Assembly (NCBI GenBank): GCA_964464475.1
Contig: CAYXGG010000001.1
Span: 23,174 to 87,173 of the forward strand
Direction: 5' to 3'
DNA from: an uncultured Planctomycetales bacterium
GTDB lineage: Bacteria; Omnitrophota; Gorgyraeia; Zapsychrales; JAHFFX01
Length of the DNA stretch: 64,000 nt
Shown here: one piece after another, positions 49,747-59,101 of the stretch
How positions within the stretch are numbered: the first letter of the stretch is position 1
Layout of the letters: each line of letters opens with the position of its first letter
Position numbers and translations under genes: made by a program
Notes under the pieces: generated by a model
What the model was told of the DNA's origin: nothing
The model's input: only the letters and a program-made list of their open reading frames with translations
Database searches by the model: none

Positions 49747-50301
49747 ATGAAAAAGTTATTCATCGTTTTAGGTATTATTTTAGGGGCATCTTCCACAGTT
49801 TTTGCCGCTGACTCCGCCGGGGCAGTCAAAGAGGCCGCTGCGGCCACCAACAAAATTTGCCCGGTGAGCGGGCATGAGATTGGCTCAATGGGGGAAGGTT
49901 CTGATGTTGAATATCAAGGCAAAAAATATAAGCTATGCTGCAAAATGTGTGAAAAGGATTTCTTAAAGAATCCTGAGGAAATGATAAAGAAGTTAGGTGC
50001 GGGTGATCAGTCTTCCGAGAATGCGGCCGGAGCCGGAACGGCTGTTGCGGCGGTTGAGCCTGCTGGCACGCAAGCCCCCGCTGAAATCATCGAAGTGGGT
50101 AATAAACTTTGCCCTATCAGTCATGAAGAAGTGGATGAACATGGAAAACCGGTCCCTGTTGAATACAAAGGGAAACGTTATAATTTGTGCTGCAAAATGT
50201 GCGAGAAGGATTTCTTAAAAGATCCGGAAGCGGCTATTAAAAAATTGGAAGCCGCAAATGCGACCGAATCTCCTGAAGGGCATGGCCACGAAGGCAGCTA
50301 A
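49747..50301 (+). CDS. Periplasmic metal-binding protein with two YHS/TRASH-like repeats and a His-rich C-terminus (about 184 aa; start moved to the ATG with a GGAG RBS).
   Basis: The signal peptide is MKKLFIVLGIILGASSTVFA. The two repeats are NK(I/L)CP(V/I)S..E(I/V)...VEY(Q/K)GK(K/R)Y(K/N)LCCKMCEKDFLK(N/D)PE. The protein ends EGHGHEGS. Confidence 0.6.
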   Translation: MKKLFIVLGIILGASSTVFAADSAGAVKEAAAATNKICPVSGHEIGSMGEGSDVEYQGKKYKLCCKMCEKDFLKNPEEMIKKLGAGDQSSENAAGAGTAVAAVEPAGTQAPAEIIEVGNKLCPISHEEVDEHGKPVPVEYKGKRYNLCCKMCEKDFLKDPEAAIKKLEAANATESPEGHGHEGS

Positions 50302-50412
50302 TAATTACGTTAGCTACGGGGCGGATTAAGAATAGGTTCCCTTGCGTTCTTAATCCGCCCGGAGTTCCTTAAGGGCAGTGAGACCTTATTGAATTTAAGG
50401 AGTCATTAGATA

Positions 50413-50829
50413 ATGTTTGATTTGCCGTGGCATCCGATGATGGTTCATTTTCCCATCGCCTTGATCGTGTTGGCCAATCTGATGGAAATGGGCAGTTTGT
50501 TATTGAAGAGGGAATCGTGGCATCTAACGGCGAAGCATTTGTTTATTGTGGCCGCCATCTTCACCCCTTTGGCTGTCGGGTCTGGATGGTTAGAGCACGA
50601 GAAATTAAAAATTTCGCATCCCGTGATGAAATCTCATGAACTGCTGGGTTTTTTGACTTGGGCGATTATCTGGGTCGGTGGTATTATTTGGCTCTGGGCA
50701 CAACGACAAAATTTAAAGTGGGCGCGTTTGGTATTTATCTTGACGTTAGCGGTCGCTTTGGGAATGGTCGTCAGTACGGCACATTATGGAGGAAAATTAG
50801 TTTTTGAATATGGGGTTGGGGTTGAGTAA
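50413..50829 (+). CDS. Small polytopic membrane protein (DUF2231-like, 138 aa).
   Basis: It has four hydrophobic helices, and the N-terminus HPMMVHFPIALIVLA is typical of DUF2231. The family assignment is from memory and is low confidence. Confidence 0.35.
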   Translation: MFDLPWHPMMVHFPIALIVLANLMEMGSLLLKRESWHLTAKHLFIVAAIFTPLAVGSGWLEHEKLKISHPVMKSHELLGFLTWAIIWVGGIIWLWAQRQNLKWARLVFILTLAVALGMVVSTAHYGGKLVFEYGVGVE

Positions 50830-52010
50830 TGGCGATTGATCCTATTTGTAAAATGTCGGTAACAGAGCAATCGGTCTATAAAGTGGACCACGATGGGAAG
50901 ACTGTTTATTTTTGTAGCGATCATTGTCTAAAAACTTTTCTCAAAGATCATTCCTCAGGCCATCCGGAAGGTGCGTCCTGCTGCGATGTTGACACGCAAC
51001 CCTGGTATCGTCGTAAAACAGTGGTTGCTCTGGCGGTCTTTTTTATTTTCTTCGCGGCAACTTGGTTTTTCCCTTTTCTGACACGCTTGCGTTTTCACCT
51101 GGGTATGTATTTTAACGCGTTGGGTTGGGCGATCGCATTAGGTTTGGTCATCGGGGGGATTATTGATTATTATGTGCCCAAAGAATACATCTCCCGAATA
51201 CTGACGGCGCCGCGTAAACGCACGATTTTCTACGCAGTTTTTCTGGGCGCTTTTGCCAGTGTTTGCTCTTGTGGGGTTTTGGCGTTATCTATGCAATTGC
51301 ATAAGAAGGGGGCTTCCACAGCTGCGGTCGTGGCGTTCTTGCTAGCGAGCCCCTGGGCAAATTTTCCGCTAACGTTGATGATGGTGGGATTTTTTGGGCT
51401 TTTGCCGGCGTTGTATATTGTTTTTTCCGCCGTTTGTGTCGCGTTAATGACGGGTTTGATTTATTTGCTACTAGAACGAAAAGGGTGGGTGGAACGAAAT
51501 AAAAATACGGTTTCTCTAAATGGCGATTTTTCTGTCCGCGAAGATTTTCGAAAGCGTTGGCGAGAATATCGTTGGTCCGCGAAGCAAATTTATCAGGACC
51601 TGTGTGGGATTGGAAAAGGCATTAGCAGCCTGGCGGACATGATTGTTTGGTGGTTGCTCATCGGGGTGGTGGTCGCCTCGCTCGTGGCTACTTACGTACC
51701 CACGGAGATTTTTACCCGGTACCTGGGGCCAACACTTAGTGGCATGCTTTTAACCATGCTGTTGGCTACCGTCTTGGAAGTTTGCTCTGAGGGCAGCGCG
51801 CCCTTGGCGTTTGAAATGTTTCGCCAGACCGGAGCTTTAGGGAACAGCTTTGTATTCTTGATGGGAGGTGTGATCACGGATTATAACGAATTGGGACTGC
51901 TTTGGCATAATGTCGGACGCCGAGCGGCCATATGGTTACCGATCATTACCATCCCGCAGGTCTTATTTTTTGGTTATGTCGCTAACCTGATTTTCTTTGT
52001 TATTCATTGA
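50829..52010 (+). CDS. YHS-domain fused to a DUF318-type permease (393 aa). It is a putative metal (copper) transporter.
   Basis: The N-terminal DPICKMSVTEQSVYKVDHDGKTVYFCSDHCLKTF fits the YHS consensus (DPVCGM...YYFCS..C). It is followed by about 8 transmembrane helices with a permease-like topology. Confidence 0.55.
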   Translation: MAIDPICKMSVTEQSVYKVDHDGKTVYFCSDHCLKTFLKDHSSGHPEGASCCDVDTQPWYRRKTVVALAVFFIFFAATWFFPFLTRLRFHLGMYFNALGWAIALGLVIGGIIDYYVPKEYISRILTAPRKRTIFYAVFLGAFASVCSCGVLALSMQLHKKGASTAAVVAFLLASPWANFPLTLMMVGFFGLLPALYIVFSAVCVALMTGLIYLLLERKGWVERNKNTVSLNGDFSVREDFRKRWREYRWSAKQIYQDLCGIGKGISSLADMIVWWLLIGVVVASLVATYVPTEIFTRYLGPTLSGMLLTMLLATVLEVCSEGSAPLAFEMFRQTGALGNSFVFLMGGVITDYNELGLLWHNVGRRAAIWLPIITIPQVLFFGYVANLIFFVIH

Positions 52011-52060
52011 TGATAAGAAAATCGGTAATTCGGTTGTTGCTTAATTTTTAGGTTGTTATA

Positions 52061-53557
52061 ATGCCTTTCATGAATTTGAAATCTTGGTCGGCGGTTGGCC
52101 GTCTCTCCGTTAACGAAATGCGTCGCTATCAGGGGAGGCGATTGAGTACGTTTATTAACGAGCAGGTTTTTCCTTTCAGTCCTTTTTATCAGGATGCTTT
52201 TAAAAAGGCCGGAATTTCCCCCCAAAGTGTTCGTGGTTTTAATGATTTAGCCCGGCTGCCGTTTACTTCAAAAACAGATTTTGTCGCCACTCCGGAGCAT
52301 CCGGAAAAATATAAAGAGTTTGTGCTGCACCCTTCCGCGGATAAAATTAAATCTTTTTGGCCGCTTGGAAAAAAGTTGGACTTGATTTTTGATAAAGTTA
52401 TGGATGGGGGCGAGGCTGTTTTAGAGCGGCTTTCTCGAGAATACCGACCCTGTTTTATTACATTTACGACCGGAACAACGAACAAGCCCGTTTCTTTTCT
52501 ATATAGCGCCTATGACATTAATAACTTGTACCTATCCGGATCACGGATGCTGCAGTTATTCGGTATCAAAAATGATGAGCGAATTTTCAATATGTTTCCT
52601 TACGCGCCGCATTTGGCTTTTTGGCAAGTGGTTTTTGGTGGGTTGTCGGACGCGGTGGTTATTTTCTCCAGTGGTGGTGGTAAGACGATGGGGACGGAAG
52701 GGAATATTGCCGCTTTGTTGCGTATGCGACCATCGGTTGTTTTGGGCGTGCCGAGTTACGTGTATCATGTTTTGCGTCTGGCTCAAGAGAAGAATTGTCG
52801 TCTTGATTATGTCAAAACGGTGGTGTTGGGAGCCGCAAGGGTGACGGAAGGCTTTAAAGCGAAATTGAGAGAACTGTTGAACGCGATGGGGGCGACGAAC
52901 GTGGCCATCATCGGCACTTACGGATTCACGGAAGCCCGCTGCGCTTGGGCGGAATGCCCAACGAAACCAGGCGTTTCCAGCGGCTATCATTTGTATCCGG
53001 ATAAAGAAATTTTTGAGATTATTGATCCCGAAACTGGTCAGGTACGCGGGGAAGGAGAAGATGGCGAAATTGTTTATACCTCGTTGGATGCGCGTGGTTC
53101 GATAGTCGTCCGTTATCGCACCGGTGATTATGTGAAAGGCGGCATCACCTACGCGCCTTGTCCGCATTGTGGGCTCACTGTTCCGCGACTTTCTAGCGAT
53201 ATCACCCGATTGTCAGACGTTAGGGGATTAAATTTGTCTAAAATTAAAGGAGCGCTCGTTAATCTTAATGATTTTGCCAGCATTCTTAATGATCTTCCCG
53301 ATATCAACGAATGGCAAATTGAGATTCGGAAAAAAGATAATGACCCCCATGAAATCGATGAATTGGTCGTTTATGTTTGCCCACGGTCGGGGGTTGACCA
53401 ACAACGTTTTACCGAAGATCTTAGTAAAAAAATTATGAACGCGACGGAAATTTCACCCAATGCTGTGCTATTCTTGTCCTTAGAGGACATCGTGCGCCGA
53501 TTGGAGCTGGAGACGGCCAATAAAGAAAAGCGGATCGTTGATTCCCGGCCTAAATGA
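52061..53557 (+). CDS. Adenylate-forming enzyme of the phenylacetate-CoA ligase (PaaK)/CapK-like family (498 aa).
   Basis: ITFTTGTTNKPV matches the PaaK-type (S/T)SGTTGKP adenylation motif. The C-terminal lid domain is of appropriate length. Thiolase and hydratase/dehydrogenase genes lie downstream. Confidence 0.55.
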   Translation: MPFMNLKSWSAVGRLSVNEMRRYQGRRLSTFINEQVFPFSPFYQDAFKKAGISPQSVRGFNDLARLPFTSKTDFVATPEHPEKYKEFVLHPSADKIKSFWPLGKKLDLIFDKVMDGGEAVLERLSREYRPCFITFTTGTTNKPVSFLYSAYDINNLYLSGSRMLQLFGIKNDERIFNMFPYAPHLAFWQVVFGGLSDAVVIFSSGGGKTMGTEGNIAALLRMRPSVVLGVPSYVYHVLRLAQEKNCRLDYVKTVVLGAARVTEGFKAKLRELLNAMGATNVAIIGTYGFTEARCAWAECPTKPGVSSGYHLYPDKEIFEIIDPETGQVRGEGEDGEIVYTSLDARGSIVVRYRTGDYVKGGITYAPCPHCGLTVPRLSSDITRLSDVRGLNLSKIKGALVNLNDFASILNDLPDINEWQIEIRKKDNDPHEIDELVVYVCPRSGVDQQRFTEDLSKKIMNATEISPNAVLFLSLEDIVRRLELETANKEKRIVDSRPK

Positions 53558-53567
53558 GGACTAACTT

Positions 53568-54845
53568 ATGAATCGAATCGCTATAATGGATGGCATTCGC
53601 ACCCCTTTTTGCAAAATGGGTACGGCGTTTAATGATGTTAGCGCTCAGACATTAGGATCTTTGGCGGTTAAAGAATTACTGGAACGCAGCGGCATTAGTC
53701 GTAAGGCTATTGACGAAGTTGTTTTTGGGAATGTGTCTCAGCCTCCGGAAGCGGCTAATATTTCTCGCGTCATTAGTTTGTTGAGTGGATTACCCATGAC
53801 GACGCCTGCTTTTACCGTTCATCGTAATTGTGCGTCGGGGCTGGAAGCGGTCGTCACGGCCGCGCTCAAAATTCAGGCGGGAGAAGATCTTTGCGTGCTT
53901 GCGGGCGGAACGGAATCTATGAGTAATATTCCGTTTTTTTTGTCTAAGGATTTACAGGAAATTTTAGGGAAGTTGAACAAAGCAAAAACTCCGCTCGAAA
54001 AAATCCAGGCTCTGGCGCTTCTTCGTCCCAAACATTTATCTCCGGTCATCGGCTTACAACTGGGGTTAACGGATCCAACTTGTGGTTTAAACATGGGGCA
54101 GACGGCGGAAGTTCTGGCCAAAGAATTTGGTATTTCCCGTCAGGAACAGGATGAGTTTGCTCTGGAAAGTCATCATCGCGCAACGGCTGCCAAGAATATT
54201 TTAAAAGAAGAAATCGTTCCGGTCATACCCGGGCCTAAATATGCCAGCGCTTTTGATGGAGATAATGGTCCGCGGGAAAATCAATCGTTGGAAGCTCTGG
54301 CTAAACTAAAGCCGGTTTTTGATAAATATTCCGGAACCGTCACCGCCGGAAATTCTTCTCAATTGACTGACGGGGCCGTGGCGCTTCTGGTTGCCAGCGA
54401 ACGTCGGGCACAGGATTTGGGAATTAAACCCTTAGGGTATATTAAGTGTTTTGCTTTCGCGGGGGTAGAGCCTAACCGAATGGGGATTGGGCCCGCGCAT
54501 GCGATTCCAAAAGCTTTGAAAAAAGCGGGTCTTAATTTACAACAGATTCAGGCGTTTGAGATCAACGAAGCTTTCGCGGCTCAGGTGATTGCTGTTTTGC
54601 GCGCGTTGGAGTCGCCAGAGTTTGCGCGTCAATTTGGCTACGAAGATTACACCGGCCGGATTGATCGCAAATTGTTAAATATTAATGGTGGGGCCATCGC
54701 CTTGGGACATCCGGTTGGCGCGACGGGCGCCCGGCTCATTTTAACCATGCTAAAACATTTGCAACGCCAGAATCTACAGTATGGGTTGGTCTCTTTGTGT
54801 ATCGGTGGCGGGCAGGGAGCCGCGATGGTGTTGGAGAGAATTTAA
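53568..54845 (+). CDS. Acetyl-CoA C-acyltransferase (thiolase, 425 aa).
   Basis: It carries thiolase signatures: NCASGLEAV (active-site Cys), GNSSQLTDGA and NINGGAIALGHPVGATGARL (with the C-terminal Cys in CIGGGQG). Confidence 0.85.
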   Translation: MNRIAIMDGIRTPFCKMGTAFNDVSAQTLGSLAVKELLERSGISRKAIDEVVFGNVSQPPEAANISRVISLLSGLPMTTPAFTVHRNCASGLEAVVTAALKIQAGEDLCVLAGGTESMSNIPFFLSKDLQEILGKLNKAKTPLEKIQALALLRPKHLSPVIGLQLGLTDPTCGLNMGQTAEVLAKEFGISRQEQDEFALESHHRATAAKNILKEEIVPVIPGPKYASAFDGDNGPRENQSLEALAKLKPVFDKYSGTVTAGNSSQLTDGAVALLVASERRAQDLGIKPLGYIKCFAFAGVEPNRMGIGPAHAIPKALKKAGLNLQQIQAFEINEAFAAQVIAVLRALESPEFARQFGYEDYTGRIDRKLLNINGGAIALGHPVGATGARLILTMLKHLQRQNLQYGLVSLCIGGGQGAAMVLERI

Positions 54846-54869
54846 ATAGTAAAAAATGTCAAGTGTCAG

Positions 54870-54920
54870 GTGTTAAAAAGATTATTAGATGCTGCTAATT
54901 TTTTTCGTTTTTCTTAACAC
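54870..54920 (+). promoter_or_regulatory. Inverted repeat GTGTTAA-N37-TTAACAC in the thiolase / fadB-like intergenic region. It is a candidate regulator binding site.
   Basis: The repeat was seen directly. AACAC also recurs (cttaacacgtaacac). Confidence 0.2.
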
Positions 54921-54949
54921 GTAACACTTTTAACTTCACACTCAAAAAT

Positions 54950-57070
54950 ATGTCCGTCTCTTTTCGTAAAGTTAATGAAGTTGGCTACATCGAATTCGAT
55001 CACCCGGATTCCAAGGTTAATATTTTGACCGCGGACGTGATTCAGCGGTTGGATGCGGTTATCGATGAGGTTGCCCGTCAAGAAAATTTGAAGGTTGTGT
55101 TATTGGTTAGTAAGAAAAAAGATATTTTTATCGCCGGCGCGGATATTAAAGAGATTGAGAATATCGCTGATCCGAGTGAGGCGATCGCAAAAGCTAACGC
55201 AGGGCAGAATGTTTTTAATAAGCTTGAGGATTTGAATGTTCCGACAGTGGCTGTGATTGATGGAGCGGCGTTAGGCGGCGGGTGCGAGCTCGCGCTGGCC
55301 TGTCGCTATCGCGTGGCTACGTTTAATGACAAGGTGCGTATTGGTTTACCGGAAGTTAATTTGGGGATTTTGCCAGGTTTTGGCGGAACGTATCGACTTC
55401 CTAGGGCGTTAGGTCTTGAACGCGCGGTTCGAATGATCACCACCTGTAAAATTGTTTCCGGCCCAGAGGCGTTAAAGATCGGTTTAGTGGATGCGGTTTT
55501 TCCACAGCAGAGCTTAGATCAGGAGTTGCAGCGATGGCTGCAGCAATTGCCGGTACCCGCAACGGAGCGAAAGCGTAAAAAGACGCCAGTTCAAACGTTC
55601 CTCGAAGGTAATTTCCTCGGGCGGATGTTCCTTTTTCAAGAAACGCGAAAAGCGATTCGCGCGATTACTAAAGGTTTTTATCCGGCTCCATTAAAAGCTG
55701 CCGAAGTTTTAGAGCAAGCCTTTGGGCAGCCGCGGCATGAAGCCTTACAGATTGAAGCCAGGGGATTTTCTGAGCTTGTCGTGACTGAAGTGTGCAAGAA
55801 TTTGATCCGGGTTTTTTATTTGTCCGAAAAATTTAAAAAATTTTCGGTTCCTGGAGCCGAGCAGGTTCCCCCGGCTAAAATTGAGAAAATCGCAGTGCTG
55901 GGTGCGGGGGTTATGGGAGGGGGCATCGCCCAGTTGTTTAGTCAACAAGGGATGACCGTGCGGCTTAAAGATATTAATTTTGATGCGATTGGGAAGGGAT
56001 TTAAAGCGGCGCAAAAAGTCTATGACCAATTAGTGCAAAAAAAGAAATTATCCACCGCGGAAGCTAACTTACGGATGTCGCGGATGACCGGAACATTAGA
56101 TTATTCCGGTTTCCAGAATGCAGAATTGGTGGTTGAAGCCGTTGTTGAGAATCTGGAAATTAAAAAGAAGGTTTTTCAGGAGTTGTCTTCCGTCAGTAAC
56201 CCCGAGGCTATCCTCGCGACGAATACTTCCGCGTTGTCAGTGACGGAAATGAGCGCTGTAACCAAAGATCCTTCTAAAGTCATTGGAATTCATTTTTTTA
56301 ATCCGGTGCATCGCATGCCGCTCATTGAAATTGTTAAAACACCGCAAACTTCTTTGGCAACGCTGGCGGCCGTGGTGCAGCTGACCAAAGCTTTGGGTAA
56401 AACGCCGATCATTGTGAAGGACTCTTGTGGATTCTTAGTAAATCGCGTTTTATTGGGGTACATTAATGAGGCGGGAAGGCTATTGGAGGAAGGAGCCAAA
56501 GTTGAGGAGGTCGATCGGGCGGCAACTGATTTTGGGTTGCCGATGGGGCCTTTTGCCTTGACCGATGAAGTTGGTGTCGACGTGGGGATAAAAGTTCTTC
56601 ATGTTCTGGAGAAAGGTCTGGGCAAAAGATTTCAACCCGTTGAAGCTTTTGAGAAAGTTTTTCAGGCAGGTCTACTGGGTAAAAAATCCGGCAGTGGGTT
56701 TTATGTGCACCGAAAATTTCGTTCCTTGAATCCGCGGATTGCTCAATTAGTACACGTTCGAGAGCGGCGAAAATTTGTCGCGAAAGAAGCTTTGGAGCGC
56801 ATGTTGTTGGTTATGATTAACGAGGCGTCCCGATGTTTAGAAGAAGGTGTCGTGGATGGACCGGACGTGGTGGACATTGGGATGATCATGGGGACAGGGT
56901 TCCCGCCTTTTCGCGGGGGATTGTTAAGATACGCCGACAGCTTGACTGTTGGGTATATTGTTGAACGCTTGACCGCTTTTGAACGCATTACCCAATCGGA
57001 CCGTTTTCATCCGAGCGCCTATCTTATTAATCTTAAGAATCAAAACCGTAGTTTCTTTAACCAAACTTAA
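54950..57070 (+). CDS. Multifunctional fatty-acid oxidation enzyme (enoyl-CoA hydratase plus 3-hydroxyacyl-CoA dehydrogenase, FadB/FadJ-like, 706 aa).
   Basis: The N-terminal crotonase fold includes GAALGGGCELALACRYR. The central NAD-binding segment is IAVLGAGVMGGGIAQ. The C-terminal 3HCDH domains include GFLVNRVL. Confidence 0.85.
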   Translation: MSVSFRKVNEVGYIEFDHPDSKVNILTADVIQRLDAVIDEVARQENLKVVLLVSKKKDIFIAGADIKEIENIADPSEAIAKANAGQNVFNKLEDLNVPTVAVIDGAALGGGCELALACRYRVATFNDKVRIGLPEVNLGILPGFGGTYRLPRALGLERAVRMITTCKIVSGPEALKIGLVDAVFPQQSLDQELQRWLQQLPVPATERKRKKTPVQTFLEGNFLGRMFLFQETRKAIRAITKGFYPAPLKAAEVLEQAFGQPRHEALQIEARGFSELVVTEVCKNLIRVFYLSEKFKKFSVPGAEQVPPAKIEKIAVLGAGVMGGGIAQLFSQQGMTVRLKDINFDAIGKGFKAAQKVYDQLVQKKKLSTAEANLRMSRMTGTLDYSGFQNAELVVEAVVENLEIKKKVFQELSSVSNPEAILATNTSALSVTEMSAVTKDPSKVIGIHFFNPVHRMPLIEIVKTPQTSLATLAAVVQLTKALGKTPIIVKDSCGFLVNRVLLGYINEAGRLLEEGAKVEEVDRAATDFGLPMGPFALTDEVGVDVGIKVLHVLEKGLGKRFQPVEAFEKVFQAGLLGKKSGSGFYVHRKFRSLNPRIAQLVHVRERRKFVAKEALERMLLVMINEASRCLEEGVVDGPDVVDIGMIMGTGFPPFRGGLLRYADSLTVGYIVERLTAFERITQSDRFHPSAYLINLKNQNRSFFNQT

Positions 57071-57074
57071 TCAC

Positions 57075-57635
57075 ATGGCGGAATTACAAAATAAAAGATT
57101 TGGATTCAACATGTTTTTTATTATCCCTCTGATTTTATTTTCTTTAATCGGGGGATGTTTACTCATCGGCGTTTTGGCTTCAAAATATCATGAGTTTACC
57201 AGTCCAGAGTATAACTTTAGTATCAAGTATCCGTCTGATTGGCAGATGGTTAAGCCGGAACAGGGGGCGGTTGTTGTTTTCCTCTCACCGAAAGAAAATG
57301 ATTTGGATACATTCCAGGCCAATGTTAACGTGGTCGTGCAAGATTTAAGTGCTCAATCGATGACTTTGGAGCAGTACGCCAAGTTAGCCTTGGATCAATT
57401 GACAGGAACATTCAAAGATGTGGATGTTGTTGAGAACGCGCCAACGACAGTTGGGAAGCTTTCGGGGCATAAGCTTGTTTATGCGGCTCAAGGTGAGAGT
57501 CCACTGAAAATAATGACCGTTATGGTGTTGCAGGATGACGTGGCTTACTCCATTTTCTTTACTTCAGAGTTTAACAAATTTGACCAATATGTCGCGCAAA
57601 TCAACGACGTGGTCAATTCCTTCCGATTGTTATAA
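57075..57635 (+). CDS. Hypothetical membrane-anchored or secreted protein (about 186 aa).
   Basis: It has an N-terminal hydrophobic segment MFFIIPLILFSLIGGCLLIGVLA. No motifs were recognised. The ORF-track start at 56979 overlaps the upstream gene and was discounted. Confidence 0.4.
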   Translation: MAELQNKRFGFNMFFIIPLILFSLIGGCLLIGVLASKYHEFTSPEYNFSIKYPSDWQMVKPEQGAVVVFLSPKENDLDTFQANVNVVVQDLSAQSMTLEQYAKLALDQLTGTFKDVDVVENAPTTVGKLSGHKLVYAAQGESPLKIMTVMVLQDDVAYSIFFTSEFNKFDQYVAQINDVVNSFRLL

Positions 57636-57649
57636 TTAATCATAATTAA

Positions 57650-58705
57650 ATGTCGGCCCAACCAAATAGCAACGTTAAGCCTTTATGCAAGCTCTTTGGC
57701 CAATGTGGAGGTTGCCAATTTCAAGATATTGCTTATGCGGATGAATTAAAATTGAAAGAACAGCTGGTGGGCGACTTGTTTGATAAAAGTTTTGGTCAGA
57801 TGGATAAAATTTTGCAACCTATTTTACCATCTCCTAAAGAGTATCATTACCGGCATCGTTTGGATCTAAAGCTGGTTAATTCTATTAAGAATGGTTTGCA
57901 AATGGGGTTTTCTCCGGAGACAGGAAAACAGATTCTGCCGGCACAGGAGTGCCCGATTGCCCGACAGGAAATTTCAGATTTTTTGCCGCAACTGAAAGAA
58001 CACTTATTGACGCATTGGCCTCAGGATTATGAGGTGGCAAACGTGGTGGTGCGCAGCGGAGACGCGCGTTATGTCCGTTGGGGTGGGATAGGACAGCGTT
58101 CGTTGCGCATGAATCCCGAAGAGTATTTCTGGACCGAAGTTCGCGGTCAAAAAATTTACTACTCCCTGGAAACTTTTTTTCAGGCCAATTTAGATATTTT
58201 GCCTGCTGTCATTGATTATGTGCGTTCGTTTGACTTCTGGCAGCGACGGCCGGTTTTTTTGGACCTTTATGCTGGCGTGGGGCTTTTTGGATTATCGGTG
58301 GTTGATTTGGCCAACAAGGTCTTTATGATTGAAGAAAATAAAGTTTCTGCGCGTTTAGCGCAGCATAACGTCGCGGCCCAGAGGTTGGCGGGCGTTTTGA
58401 TTTTGGCGCGTACTGTCGAGGCGGCGTTGCCGGAAATTTTTAAACAATATCCTCACCAAGAGATGGTCGCGATGATTGATCCACCTCGGGCTGGTTTAAG
58501 TCCGCAGGTCGTTGATTTTTTAAAGAATTGTGAACAATTGAGCCATTTAATCTATTTGTCCTGTCAGCCGGAATCGCTAGTGAGGGATTTAAAAATTCTA
58601 ACGAGTGGCGCGTGGCGCTTGCGGGAGGTGCGTCCGTTAGATTTCTTCCCCAAGACTAGGCATATTGAAACCCTCGTTGTTTTGGAGCATTTAAAGAAAG
58701 GTTAG
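57650..58705 (+). CDS. RNA (uracil-5-)-methyltransferase of the RumA/RlmD/TrmA family with an Fe-S cluster motif (351 aa).
   Basis: The CxxxxxxCGGC motif (CKLFGQCGGCQFQ) plus a later Cys is present. The class I SAM-methyltransferase core includes LDLYAGVGLFGL and IDPPRAGL. Confidence 0.7.
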   Translation: MSAQPNSNVKPLCKLFGQCGGCQFQDIAYADELKLKEQLVGDLFDKSFGQMDKILQPILPSPKEYHYRHRLDLKLVNSIKNGLQMGFSPETGKQILPAQECPIARQEISDFLPQLKEHLLTHWPQDYEVANVVVRSGDARYVRWGGIGQRSLRMNPEEYFWTEVRGQKIYYSLETFFQANLDILPAVIDYVRSFDFWQRRPVFLDLYAGVGLFGLSVVDLANKVFMIEENKVSARLAQHNVAAQRLAGVLILARTVEAALPEIFKQYPHQEMVAMIDPPRAGLSPQVVDFLKNCEQLSHLIYLSCQPESLVRDLKILTSGAWRLREVRPLDFFPKTRHIETLVVLEHLKKG

Positions 58706-58708
58706 GTT

Positions 58709-58996
58709 ATGGAAACAAAAGATACTCCGTACGAAAAGCAATTGTTTGTCTGCACTAATGATAAAAAAGGCGAAAATGCAAGCTGTGGAGATCAACACGG
58801 CGAGGCGATTTTTCAAGAATTGCGTAAAATCGCCAAAGAGCGCGGCCTGCATCCTCGCATCCGGGTAGCCCAGGCTAAATGTTTGGGGCAATGCAGTTTG
58901 GGGTGTAATGTGATGGTCTATCCAGATAACGTTTGGTACAGTCGAGTGCTATTATCTGATGTGCCGAATCTTGCTGATAAATATCTTGCCAAGTAA
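58709..58996 (+). CDS. Thioredoxin-like [2Fe-2S] ferredoxin-family protein (95 aa).
   Basis: The Cys pattern is C15, C27, C59, C63 with MVYPDNVWY. This resembles the (2Fe-2S) ferredoxin-like domain of NuoE-type and related small proteins. Confidence 0.45.
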   Translation: METKDTPYEKQLFVCTNDKKGENASCGDQHGEAIFQELRKIAKERGLHPRIRVAQAKCLGQCSLGCNVMVYPDNVWYSRVLLSDVPNLADKYLAK

Positions 58997-59041
58997 TTTC
59001 TGAATCTCGTCGAATTCAAGTCAAAAAAATAGAAAGTCCCG

Positions 59042-59069
59042 TTGATTTCGTGCTTAAAGAACCTATACT
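59042..59069 (+). promoter_or_regulatory. Candidate sigma70 promoter TTGATT-16-TATACT upstream of the acyl-CoA dehydrogenase gene.
   Basis: The hexamers were read directly. The spacing is 16 nt, and the site lies about 35 nt upstream of the RBS and start. Confidence 0.35.
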
Positions 59070-59101
59070 CATATTTAGGTTCAATAATTTAGAAAGGGAC
59101 G

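Noticed and set aside
52011-52063. TATAAT abuts the start codon of the PaaK-like gene (ttgttaTAATGcc) and was considered as a leaderless promoter.
   Set aside because: The -10 is too close to the ATG for a leaderless transcript, since a -10 should end about 7 nt before the TSS. It is most likely coincidental.
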